A stretch of DNA of 64,000 nucleotides from Spirochaetia bacterium (GCA_963675665.1 OY776510.1:2944001-3008000), one strand, 5' to 3'. Counted from the first letter of the stretch, positions 20,966 through 29,883 are shown. The notes: generated by a model not told the origin, from the sequence alone. Numbers and translations are program-made.

Positions 20966-21901
20966 GTGGAAATGAAAGCTCAGAATGTAACCGAACTGAT
21001 CGGAGGGACTCCTCTGGTCAGGCTTAACCGTATATGCGGTAATGCAGAAGTTTATGCAAAACTTGAATATTTCAATCCCGGAAGTTCGGTAAAAGACAGA
21101 ATAGCACTGGCTTTAATTGAAGACGGAGAAAAAAGCGGATTAATAAACAGTGAAACTATCATTGTCGAACCCACAAGCGGCAACACAGGTATAGGTCTTG
21201 CGATGGTGTGTGCCGTCAAAGGATACAGGCTGATACTGACTATGCCTGAAACCGTCAGCCCTGAGCGAAGGCAGATCCTTGCCGGATTCGGGGCGGAACT
21301 TGTTCTGGTGTCCGGGAAGGGGGGAATGACGCCTGCAATTGAAAGAGCCCGTGAGATTGCAGCTGAAAATCCGGACAGTTATATGCCGGGACAGTTCTCA
21401 AACCCCGCAAATCCCGCTGCGCATGAGTTTACAACGGCCCGTGAAATATGGGATGATACCGGCGGAAAGATAGATATACTGGTTTGCGGTGTCGGCACCG
21501 GAGGAACAGTCAGCGGTACTGCAAGAGGGCTGCGCCGGCTGAACCCTGATCTGAAGGTTATTGCAGTGGAACCCGCGGATTCACCCGTGATTACCCAGCA
21601 CTTGAACGGACAGAAGCCGGCACCAGGCAGCCATGTCATTCAGGGAATAGGCGCAGGTTTTATTCCTGAAAATCTTGATATTTCACTAATCAGTGAGGTA
21701 ATATTGGTCACAAATGCCGATGCCCTGGAATATGCCAGGCGTCTGATGAAGGAAGAAGGCATTTTCGCCGGAATATCAGCGGGGGCGGCGGCCCGGGCTG
21801 CAGTTGAGATTGCCTCGAAGCCCGAAAATAAAGGTAAAACGGTTGTTTTTGTTGTTCCTGATACCGGTGAAAGATATCTGTCGCAGAATATATTCAGCTG
21901 A
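20966..21901 (+). CDS. cysK: Cysteine synthase A
   Basis: SVKDRIA, TSGNTG, GVGTGGT, IQGIG, PDTGERYLS. Confidence 0.95.
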   Translation: MEMKAQNVTELIGGTPLVRLNRICGNAEVYAKLEYFNPGSSVKDRIALALIEDGEKSGLINSETIIVEPTSGNTGIGLAMVCAVKGYRLILTMPETVSPERRQILAGFGAELVLVSGKGGMTPAIERAREIAAENPDSYMPGQFSNPANPAAHEFTTAREIWDDTGGKIDILVCGVGTGGTVSGTARGLRRLNPDLKVIAVEPADSPVITQHLNGQKPAPGSHVIQGIGAGFIPENLDISLISEVILVTNADALEYARRLMKEEGIFAGISAGAAARAAVEIASKPENKGKTVVFVVPDTGERYLSQNIFS

Positions 21902-21919
21902 TTAATTTGGAGAGTAAGA

Positions 21920-22813
21920 ATGTCAGGTTTCAAAGAAGAATTCAATATCAAGGAAATAACGGAAGAACTGTGCAAATCTGAATCTTACAGCAAGGTTTAC
22001 CTCAGATCCAGCGAGCACGATATTCATATGCCGTCAATTGATGAACTTGCAAAAGCGGTTGAACTGCTGCGGTCGGTCATATTTCCCGGTTACTTCATCC
22101 ATTCGGAACTGCGCGAAGATACAATGCATTATTACATAGGGAGCAGTCTTGATAAATGTTTTGCAATACTTTCAGAGCAGTTGAAACGGGGATACTGTTT
22201 TGCGTGCTCTTCAGAGACGGTATGCAATTTCTGTGAAACCAGGGCTGAAGAAGCCGCAGCGCATCTGCTGAAACGACTTCCGTATATCAGACACATGCTG
22301 TCGACAGATGCCGAAGCCGCTTATGAGGGTGATCCTGCGGCAAAAAGTATAGGAGAGGCTATTTTCTGTTATCCAAGCATACGGGCCCTGACGAACCACC
22401 GAATTGCGCACGAACTTTATCGCTTCGGTGTTCCAATAATACCAAGGCTAATCAGCGAAATGGCTCATTCCGAAGCAGGAATTGATATTCATCCCGGGGC
22501 GGAAATCGACGAGCATTTTTTCATAGATCACGGTACAGGCACCGTAATAGGTGAAACTTCTGTTATCGGAAAAAATGTTCAGATTTACCAGGGCGTAACA
22601 CTCGGTGCGCGAAGTTTTCCCAAGGATGAAGACGGCAAACCAATCAAGGATATCCCGCGACACCCAATAGTAAAAGACGGCGTTATCATATATGCCGGAG
22701 CTACTGTGCTCGGTCGCGTAACTATCGGTGAAAATGCTATGATTGGCGGTAATGTCTGGATAACGCGCGATGTCCCTGCCGGCGAGAGGGTTATTCAGCG
22801 GCGGGCGGACTAA
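21920..22813 (+). CDS. cysE: Serine O-acetyltransferase
   Basis: GDPAA, GIDIHPGA, FIDHGTG, RHP, hexapeptide repeats. Confidence 0.93.
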   Translation: MSGFKEEFNIKEITEELCKSESYSKVYLRSSEHDIHMPSIDELAKAVELLRSVIFPGYFIHSELREDTMHYYIGSSLDKCFAILSEQLKRGYCFACSSETVCNFCETRAEEAAAHLLKRLPYIRHMLSTDAEAAYEGDPAAKSIGEAIFCYPSIRALTNHRIAHELYRFGVPIIPRLISEMAHSEAGIDIHPGAEIDEHFFIDHGTGTVIGETSVIGKNVQIYQGVTLGARSFPKDEDGKPIKDIPRHPIVKDGVIIYAGATVLGRVTIGENAMIGGNVWITRDVPAGERVIQRRAD

Positions 22814-23972
22814 CACCGACATCAGCTGCGGCTGAATATAATGCATCAAAAAAGAACTGAAACTCATGTTCGGTGATTATCAGCGGGGGATCGATCCGCA
22901 GAAATGAGCCCCTGTACCCGGTAAGAAATCCCTGATCAACAAGCTGTAAATATATCTTTTTTGTCAGCCCGGGATTGATAAACTCAATTGCATACATCAA
23001 CCCCCTGCCGCGGACCTGAGCAACAGCGTCAAGTTCCTCAAGACCTTCAAGTTTTTCCAGGAACAGCCTGCCGTTGATCTCTGCTTTTTCAATCAGGCAG
23101 TTTTCATTTATCACCCTGATTACCTCGCGCGCAACGGCGGCGCCCAGCGGATCATTCTGATGTGACTGGGCATATTTAAACGGACGACCCTCAAGTTCCA
23201 TGGTTATTCCGGCATTTAAGGCTGCAACACTGACGGGATAACCGTTGCCGATACCTTTCCCGATGGCAATCATGTCAGGTTCTATATCATAATGATTGTA
23301 TCCGAACCATTTGCCGGTTCTGCCTATTCCGGTAGTAACCTCGTTGACGATGATTTTTCCGCCGTTTTTTCTGACTTTGTCCGAAATGGTTTTAATTAAT
23401 GCTTTCGGGGGAAACCTGACAAAACCCGATGAACTTCCGGGTTCAAAAATAAAGTCTGAAATTCCGTCAGGGATATCACTGATTAAAGGACAATCTGCGC
23501 TGCATACATCAGCATTAACGCAATTTACACAGCCGGCCCAGTCAAAACAGTACCAGCCGGACTCTCTTCTTCCGACCGAAGAAAAGGCTCCGAGGTATGA
23601 ATCTTTCATTGTCATTGAAAGCGGTTTTCCGGTAAGATGGCGGGCAATCTGTCTTGATATCTCTATTGCTTCGCTTCCTGAGCACAGGAACACGGCTTTA
23701 CCGTCCGGCATCCCCGTCTTCTCCAGTACCGTTTCAGCGGCTTCCTCGACAATCCGGGTTGAATAACAAAAGCCGGCCTGTACAAGTGAACCGAGCTGGT
23801 TAATTATGGTTTGATTAATCTCTTTCCGCTGATGTCCGAGAGACATGCACCAGACTCCGGATTCAAGATCCATATAGTAATTGCCGGCCCGGTTTTTAAT
23901 GTATAGTCCGTTTCCTTCTGTTATGTCGGGTAAAAGAAGTTCATGCCCGCTGCAGTTAAAAACGTGTTTCAT
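22791..23972 (-). CDS. Class III PLP-dependent aminotransferase family protein (atypical NEV motif)
   Basis: SGSEA, EPG, NEVTTGIGRTG, IGKG, RGRGLM. The ATG at 23972 overlaps the MocR stop (ATGA). Confidence 0.85.
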   Translation of the reverse strand: MKHVFNCSGHELLLPDITEGNGLYIKNRAGNYYMDLESGVWCMSLGHQRKEINQTIINQLGSLVQAGFCYSTRIVEEAAETVLEKTGMPDGKAVFLCSGSEAIEISRQIARHLTGKPLSMTMKDSYLGAFSSVGRRESGWYCFDWAGCVNCVNADVCSADCPLISDIPDGISDFIFEPGSSSGFVRFPPKALIKTISDKVRKNGGKIIVNEVTTGIGRTGKWFGYNHYDIEPDMIAIGKGIGNGYPVSVAALNAGITMELEGRPFKYAQSHQNDPLGAAVAREVIRVINENCLIEKAEINGRLFLEKLEGLEELDAVAQVRGRGLMYAIEFINPGLTKKIYLQLVDQGFLTGYRGSFLRIDPPLIITEHEFQFFFDALYSAAADVGVSPPAAE

Positions 23973-25438
23973 ATGCAATTCTCCCTTATGGTTTCACTGA
24001 TTATTTTTATCCCCTGTTCAATCTCATCCGGAAGGGTTTTTGAGAGCGATATTCTGACGCAGATATTCCGGGACGGATCTTGAAAATATAAACTGCCGGG
24101 ACTTACAGCAACGCCTTTGCTAAGAAGCTCGGACAGAAACTGTTTTTCACTTATCGGCGGATTATCCCAATATACAAGAAAAGTATAGCCGCCCGAAGGT
24201 TTCGTATACCGGACGTAATCGAGTGATAAATACCGGCGGGCGGCTTTCATGGCGGCATTGATTCTTTCGCGGTACCTGGTGTGGACCTTTTTCAGAAAAT
24301 ATTCGAATTTCCCCTGTTTAAGAAAATCTGTCAGAGCCATCTGTATAAGGGGGTTTCCCGATAACCGGGTTACCCTTCTTATTTCCGCCAGCCTGTCTAT
24401 TAATTTCGGAGAGGCGGCAATCCATCCGGTTCTGAGTCCGGGGAACAGTATCTTTGAAAAAGTGCCGACATAGATAACAATGCCGCTGCTGTCCATTGAT
24501 TTTATCGGAAGTATTGTTTCTCCATGATACTTCAATTCTTCAAGAAAACCGTCCTCAAGAATCGGCACATTATACAGGCTGCATAACTCAAGGAGTTTTT
24601 CCCTGTTTTTCTGGCTGATCGACAGGCCCGAAGGGTTCTGAAAACTGGGCATTGTATAAAGAAGGGAACAGTTATTATTTTCGAGTATTTCCTCAAGTGC
24701 ATGAATGTTCATGCCGCTGTCCGTTAACGGGATCGGCGCTGTGGTGCCGCCGTTGCAGGCAACAAGGGACGGAAGATAACTGTAGGTGGGTTCCGAACAA
24801 ACGACAGTATCTCCCGGATGCAGCAGCGCCTTTAATACCAGGTCAATAGCATCCTGACTTCCGTTTGTAACAAGAATATTCTTTTCAGATATATAGATCT
24901 GGTGGCGGCCAAGATACTTGGAAAGCTCTTTTCTGAATTCCATGTTCCCCTTCGGATCTTCGTACGACATAGCCGTTTCCGGATCGCTTTGAAGTATTCT
25001 GTTAATGCTTTTTCTGAATTCTTCAACAGGCCAGTATGCGGGATCTGAAGACAGCGTCGTAAAATCGATCTTGCAGTTTTGCGGATACTGGATGCCGCCT
25101 GATGCCATTTTTTCGGACATTCTTTTATATGAAGGCGACAGTTTTTCATCCCAGTTGATCCCGGTTTCGTTTATATTTTTCGAACTGGTAATATCGGGAC
25201 GGTTTCTGATTCTTGAATAGCTTCCCGGTCTGCTCTCAATATAACCGAGGCTCCATAATTCTTCATATGCCTTGCATACAGTAGTTCTGTTTACTTCAAG
25301 GTGAACCGACAAAGCCCTGGTCGAAGGCAGGATATCACCGTCTTTAAGGGCCTGATTTTTAATCATTGATTCAATCTGTTTTGCGATCTGTTTATGTAAA
25401 GTGTCTTCGGATTTTCGATCTATAGTTACCAGAATCAT
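23969..25438 (-). CDS. MocR/GabR family regulator (GntR HTH + PLP domain)
   Basis: LPSTRAL..VNRTTV..AYEEL HTH, FQNPSG, GTFSKILFPGLRTGW. Start at ATG 25438 after CAGGAG. Confidence 0.92.
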   Translation of the reverse strand: MILVTIDRKSEDTLHKQIAKQIESMIKNQALKDGDILPSTRALSVHLEVNRTTVCKAYEELWSLGYIESRPGSYSRIRNRPDITSSKNINETGINWDEKLSPSYKRMSEKMASGGIQYPQNCKIDFTTLSSDPAYWPVEEFRKSINRILQSDPETAMSYEDPKGNMEFRKELSKYLGRHQIYISEKNILVTNGSQDAIDLVLKALLHPGDTVVCSEPTYSYLPSLVACNGGTTAPIPLTDSGMNIHALEEILENNNCSLLYTMPSFQNPSGLSISQKNREKLLELCSLYNVPILEDGFLEELKYHGETILPIKSMDSSGIVIYVGTFSKILFPGLRTGWIAASPKLIDRLAEIRRVTRLSGNPLIQMALTDFLKQGKFEYFLKKVHTRYRERINAAMKAARRYLSLDYVRYTKPSGGYTFLVYWDNPPISEKQFLSELLSKGVAVSPGSLYFQDPSRNICVRISLSKTLPDEIEQGIKIISETIRENCI

Positions 25439-25479
25439 TCTTCTCTCCTGATACTCAAAATAGCAGCAGAGCGGATGAT

Positions 25480-25520
25480 TGGCAACAGCCAAATATTGTC
25501 TGAATTGAACAGACCAATTA
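25480..25520. promoter_or_regulatory. Candidate MocR operator (direct plus inverted repeats)
   Basis: CAGCCAA...TTGTCTG-N7-CAGACCAA immediately upstream of the MocR gene, a MocR-type arrangement. Confidence 0.45.
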
Positions 25521-25530
25521 CCATAACCGC

Positions 25531-25561
25531 AAAAAAATAGGCTGCATTTTGAATGCAGCCC
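25531..25561 (-). terminator. Intrinsic terminator after the CysRS-like/VOC pair
   Basis: GGCTGCATT-loop-AATGCAGCC followed by a T-tract on the minus strand. Confidence 0.7.
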
Positions 25562-25602
25562 CTAAAATATATCTTCCGGCTGTATCAGCCGCTATGAAAA
25601 AA

Positions 25603-25968
25603 TCAGTCTACCTCGGATACCGTAAGAATATTTTTGTCGTGATCGTAGAATTTCAGCATGCGCATGCCCTGTTCCGAAAATTCAACAATATCGCCTTTAA
25701 GTGTTACCTCTTCAGCCAGCAGGTGTGCCTTGAATGAATCAAGATCTGCAACACCGAACGTCATAAACTCGTTTACCGGGTAGGGGGCATCCTGTTTCCA
25801 CTGATTTATTGCAATATAAGCATTTGTTACTCCGGGAACAGCCATTTCAACCCATCCGTCGGATTCAAAAGCCCGTTTGAACCCAAGAACCTTTTCGTAG
25901 AAAGTTTCGGTTTTCCTGATATCCCTTGACCATATGAAGGTTATTGAATGTTTATAATTAATACTCAT
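25603..25968 (-). CDS. VOC/glyoxalase family protein
   Basis: FYEKVLG, FGVADLD, FYDHDKNIL; 121 aa. Confidence 0.85.
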   Translation of the reverse strand: MSINYKHSITFIWSRDIRKTETFYEKVLGFKRAFESDGWVEMAVPGVTNAYIAINQWKQDAPYPVNEFMTFGVADLDSFKAHLLAEEVTLKGDIVEFSEQGMRMLKFYDHDKNILTVSEVD

Positions 25969-27231
25969 TTAGAACTCCTGTAAATTCATGTTTTTATGAG
26001 GGTAAATTACATTGAGAACATTGTCAATTTTTTCAAGATTTTTATTCAGTTTTTTTTGCTGTAAATCTGATAACGGCTGTGTTCCGCTCAGGTCGGAGAG
26101 TTTTTTTATGATTGAATGAACGGCATTAAAACCCTCTCCGAGAGAAAGGTCGTTGTCAAGTTCTTTCTCAAAGGCAGCCGGTATTCTGTCAATCAATAAG
26201 CCGGCCTGTGAATTGTCGTTTGTATTTCCGGAGCATATTGAAGAGATCAGGGATCTGAAATTCCTGATAATATCTGTACTTTGTTTAAAGGCTTTTTCCG
26301 TATAATTAAGCTTTTTACGGTAATGTTTATAGGTAAGAAAAAACCTGATGTCCCGCCAGTCGGCGCCGGATGCCGCGAGGGTTTCGGGATAAATGATATT
26401 CCCGCGGCTTTTGGACATTGTTTTACCGTCCACTATCAGATGGGCTCCGTGCATATAGTAATTGGCGTAATCTTTACCTGTAAAAGCCTCCATTACGGCG
26501 ATGTTGTAATCATGGTGACGGTAGATATTATCTATTCCGCCGCAGTTAATATCAATTTGATCACCGAGGCTCATTGCAACAATTGCCGGATCCTGAATGT
26601 TCCATGAAGGCCTGCCGCGTCCTATTGCAGTGTCCCAGTAAGGATGGTAGGGATCATTTTTATAATTATGCCAGAGTATGAAGTCTCCCATATTCCACCG
26701 GTTGCCGTTGTATGTGTCTTTTCTGAAATGTCTTTTTCTGTCGGGCCAGCGGTTCATATCCAGGCGGAACAGCTTTCCAAAATTATTTATTTTCAGGGGA
26801 TCGAAAAAATAATCCTCTTTATGTTCATAGACGATTTTTTTCTCAATAAGATTCTGAATTATTCGCACCGACTGATCTATGCTTTTGGTAGCCGGTATAA
26901 GATGATCGGGCATAATAAAACCGAACCCGTCCAGGCCTTCCCTGAAAATGGCCAGCACATCATCGGTCAGCGATTTTACATTCGTTTTTTTTCTTTTTGC
27001 TTCGTTTATGGCTTTGTCCTCAATATCGGTTAGGTTCATTGCCCTTTCGACATTGTAACCCTTGTAACGAAGGTATCTGACAAGAAGATCTTCATAGAGA
27101 AAAGTCCGGTAATTACCGATATGAGCTTTCTGATAAATCGATGGTCCGCAAGTGAATATTTTTACATTTTTCCCTTCGCGCGGCTTAAATATTTCGATGC
27201 TGCGTGACATGGTGTTGTATAACTTCAGCAA
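25969..27231 (-). CDS. Cysteinyl-tRNA synthetase paralog (altered active site, no anticodon domain)
   Basis: TCGP, HIGN, NLTDIEDK, DFILW and TMSKS are present. WHIEC is replaced by WNIQD and HHxNE by HHDYN. The protein ends after the DALR-like helical domain. Confidence 0.88.
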   Translation of the reverse strand: MLKLYNTMSRSIEIFKPREGKNVKIFTCGPSIYQKAHIGNYRTFLYEDLLVRYLRYKGYNVERAMNLTDIEDKAINEAKRKKTNVKSLTDDVLAIFREGLDGFGFIMPDHLIPATKSIDQSVRIIQNLIEKKIVYEHKEDYFFDPLKINNFGKLFRLDMNRWPDRKRHFRKDTYNGNRWNMGDFILWHNYKNDPYHPYWDTAIGRGRPSWNIQDPAIVAMSLGDQIDINCGGIDNIYRHHDYNIAVMEAFTGKDYANYYMHGAHLIVDGKTMSKSRGNIIYPETLAASGADWRDIRFFLTYKHYRKKLNYTEKAFKQSTDIIRNFRSLISSICSGNTNDNSQAGLLIDRIPAAFEKELDNDLSLGEGFNAVHSIIKKLSDLSGTQPLSDLQQKKLNKNLEKIDNVLNVIYPHKNMNLQEF

Positions 27232-27313
27232 TCCATACTCCTCTGTTATTATGAATATAAGCAGACTTGGGGAAAAAGTCGACTTAATTAGTTATTTAAT
27301 GTATATTAAAGCC

Positions 27314-27928
27314 ATGAGCAGAATAGACGTTCTGAAAAAACATTACGAACCAAGGCTTGAAAAATACAGGGATAATTCAAGGGTGCTGGACTGGGAAAGC
27401 CGGGATGCACAGTACAAACGTTTCAGAGCTCTTACGGATAACCTTGATCTCCGGGGAAAATCATTTCTGGATATAGGCTGCGGCTGCGGAGATTTCTTCG
27501 GACTGCTTGGTGAACTTGGAATTAAGGCTTTATATACCGGCGTGGATATCCTTGAAAAAATGATTGATCGCGCTGTTAAATGCTATCCCGAAGCTGATTT
27601 TTGCTGCGCTGATATCTTTGACAAGGATTTTTGTGCCGGAAAGCAGTTCGGATGTCCCGTATTCGATATTACCTACACGTCCGGAATATTCAATCTGAAT
27701 GCAGGCAATAATGAAAAATTCCTTAAAAAGGCGGTTCCGGTAATGGCCCGGCTTGCCGACGAAGCGTTTGCATTCAATCTGCTGGATCCTGCGTCGCCTG
27801 ATCGGGATGAAAGATACTTTTATTATGAACCTGAAAAAGCCTGCCGGCTTGCAGAACCGTATTCAAGCGGTATAAAAATTATTAAGGGATATCTGGCAAA
27901 CGATTATACTCTTATATGTATGAAGTGA
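27314..27928 (+). CDS. Class I SAM-dependent methyltransferase
   Basis: LDIGCGCG, YTGVD, SGIFN. Start moved to ATG 27314 because the ORF-track start overlaps the divergent gene. Confidence 0.88.
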   Translation: MSRIDVLKKHYEPRLEKYRDNSRVLDWESRDAQYKRFRALTDNLDLRGKSFLDIGCGCGDFFGLLGELGIKALYTGVDILEKMIDRAVKCYPEADFCCADIFDKDFCAGKQFGCPVFDITYTSGIFNLNAGNNEKFLKKAVPVMARLADEAFAFNLLDPASPDRDERYFYYEPEKACRLAEPYSSGIKIIKGYLANDYTLICMK

Positions 27929-27937
27929 CGGAGAGGC

Positions 27938-28774
27938 ATGATGAAAAAGTTCAATATTGCATTAATACAGTCTGATGTTACCGAGTCCAAAGAAAAAAAT
28001 CTGAAAAATGCTGAAAAACTGGTTATGGATGCGGCCGAATCGGGAGCTGACCTGGCTGTTTTGCCGGAGATGTTTATCTGTCCGTACAATTCCAAAAGAT
28101 TTCCGGAATTCGCGGAACCGTCAAACGGTCCGTCGGCAGAGCGTCTGGCAAGACTGGCGGAGAAGGCCGGCTTATATTTTATTGCGGGAACAGTTCCGGA
28201 AATAGACGATGAACAACGCATCTACAACACATCATACATTTTTTCATCAGACGGCAGCCTGGCAGGGAAGCACAGAAAAATTCATCTTTTCGACATCAAT
28301 ATTGAAGGCGGAATCAGTTTCAAGGAATCAGAAGCCCTCTCTCCGGGTAAAACAGCAACGATTGTCGAAACTCCCTGGGGCCGGATCGGCATTGCTGTAT
28401 GTTTTGACCTGAGATTTGCCGAATTGTTTCGTTTTATGGCTGATGAAGGCGCGCATACTATTGTTGTCCCGGGTGCTTTTAACATGACTACCGGACCGGC
28501 CCACTGGGAGTTGACGTTCCGTATGCGTGCTGTTGACAATCAGGTTTTTATGGCCGGCTGCGCTCCGGCCCGAAACAGGGAAGCCGGGTATATATCCTGG
28601 GCCAATTCGATTATTACCGACCCATGGGGAAGAGTTCTTGAAAAACTCGGAACTGAAGAATCAATTCTGCTTCATGAAATAGACCCTGGTTATGCGTATG
28701 ATATACGAAACCAGCTTCCGATTTTATCCGGAGTCAAAAAAGAGGGATACACTACGCAGGATGGAGGCAGGTAA
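27938..28774 (+). CDS. Carbon-nitrogen hydrolase (Nit2/omega-amidase-like)
   Basis: LPEMF, HRKIHLFDI, CFDLRFAE, AFNMTTGPAHW, RAVDNQ. Confidence 0.92.
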   Translation: MMKKFNIALIQSDVTESKEKNLKNAEKLVMDAAESGADLAVLPEMFICPYNSKRFPEFAEPSNGPSAERLARLAEKAGLYFIAGTVPEIDDEQRIYNTSYIFSSDGSLAGKHRKIHLFDINIEGGISFKESEALSPGKTATIVETPWGRIGIAVCFDLRFAELFRFMADEGAHTIVVPGAFNMTTGPAHWELTFRMRAVDNQVFMAGCAPARNREAGYISWANSIITDPWGRVLEKLGTEESILLHEIDPGYAYDIRNQLPILSGVKKEGYTTQDGGR

Positions 28775-28778
28775 ACTG

Positions 28779-29051
28779 CTATTGTTCCAAAATCCGATCC
28801 AGTTCGTCCGAGCGTTTCTGGACAGCGTTTCTGTACACAGCTATTAACCTGTCTTTTTCGTTTTGTCCTATTTTTCTGTATTCACCGTCAAGAGAATTTT
28901 TGGGAACAATTTTGTGGATCTTTAATTCTGCAAGAGACGGCATAGGCTCTCTGGTGTAATATATAACATAATCGTGAAGATCGTCAAAATCCTCTATGTA
29001 TTCAAGATATTCATTGGTTCCAAGATCAAATATATCGCCCTTCTGCGGCAT
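28779..29051 (-). CDS. Hypothetical protein, 90 aa
   Basis: Open frame with an AGGAG RBS, filling the gap between genes; no recognised motif. Confidence 0.6.
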   Translation of the reverse strand: MPQKGDIFDLGTNEYLEYIEDFDDLHDYVIYYTREPMPSLAELKIHKIVPKNSLDGEYRKIGQNEKDRLIAVYRNAVQKRSDELDRILEQ

Positions 29052-29057
29052 ATAAAA

Positions 29058-29374
29058 CTCCTATAAGAAATTCCTGCATGGATGCAGGTATCTGAGGGTG
29101 TAGTTTGAAAAGATATTTTCAAACTACTAAATGATAAAATAACACGGATGTTATTTTATCATTCCTCCTATAAAACTTTCCGCCATGGAGGGCGGTTTCA
29201 TTACAGGAAGTTTGCATCAGCAAACTTCAAAATGATAAAATCACAAGGAAGTGATTTTATCATTCCTCCTGTAAAACTTTCCGCCATGGAGGGCGGTTTC
29301 ATTACAGGAAGTTTGCATCAGCAAACTTCAAAATGATAAAATCACAAGGAAGTGATTTTATCATTCCTCCTGTA
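29058..29374 (+). repeat. Tandem array of triple-hairpin units with CANGGANG loops (candidate structured RNA or REP-like element)
   Basis: Units 29165-29265 and 29266-29366 (101 bp, 1 mismatch), a diverged unit at 29058-29164, and a partial unit at 29367-29374. Confidence 0.9.
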
Positions 29375-29427
29375 TCTGTATTAAAAACATACTATGCTGA
29401 TTTTGCATATTAGTCTATAATTCGGCT

Positions 29428-29883
29428 ATGATTCCTGAAGATGTACGTGAATTTCTGGATAGACATAAACTGGAAGCTGTTGAGTTTGAAGAAGGCAGTA
29501 CGCCGACCGCAGAAACTGCAGCTATGAAACTGGAAGTAAAAACCGGTCAGATTGCAAAATCAATACTGCTCAAGGCAAAAAAAGGCAATTTCTGTCTTGT
29601 TGTCTGCGCAGGCGACAAAAGAATAGATTCAAAAAAGGCGAAGGAGCTGATCGGATCAAAAATCAGGATGGCGAATGCGGAAGAACTCTATGATATTCTG
29701 GGTTTTAAACCCGGAGAAGTTTGTCCGTTCCGCAATTCCGATATTCCGTATTTTATTGATGAAAGTCTCTCTGTTTACGATACTGTCTACCCTGCAGCAG
29801 GAACTGATTCGTCAGGTGTCCCTGTGGCGTATGACAAGCTTATAGAAATTACCGGTGCGGGAGTATGCGATATAACTGGCTGA
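29428..29883 (+). CDS. YbaK/EbsC family aminoacyl-tRNA deacylase
   Basis: TPTAETAA, QIAKSIL, G..PGEVCPF, YPAAG. Confidence 0.88.
   Translation: MIPEDVREFLDRHKLEAVEFEEGSTPTAETAAMKLEVKTGQIAKSILLKAKKGNFCLVVCAGDKRIDSKKAKELIGSKIRMANAEELYDILGFKPGEVCPFRNSDIPYFIDESLSVYDTVYPAAGTDSSGVPVAYDKLIEITGAGVCDITG

Noticed and set aside
27152-27313. N-terminal extensions in the ORF track (also at 12231, 13287, 25492 and 37919)
   Set aside because: They overlap promoters, hairpins or neighbouring genes; downstream starts have better RBS or promoter context.
29148-29336. 62-aa ORF inside the repeat
   Set aside because: The period of 101 is not a multiple of 3, there is no RBS, and conservation is at the hairpin level.
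29058-29374. CRISPR array interpretation of the repeat
   Set aside because: Units repeat in full with no unique spacers, the period is 101 bp, and there are no cas genes in the window.
25969-29883. A single functional cluster of CysRS paralog, methyltransferase, nitrilase and YbaK
   Set aside because: The genes are on different strands with separate promoters; proximity alone does not support it without cross-genome synteny.
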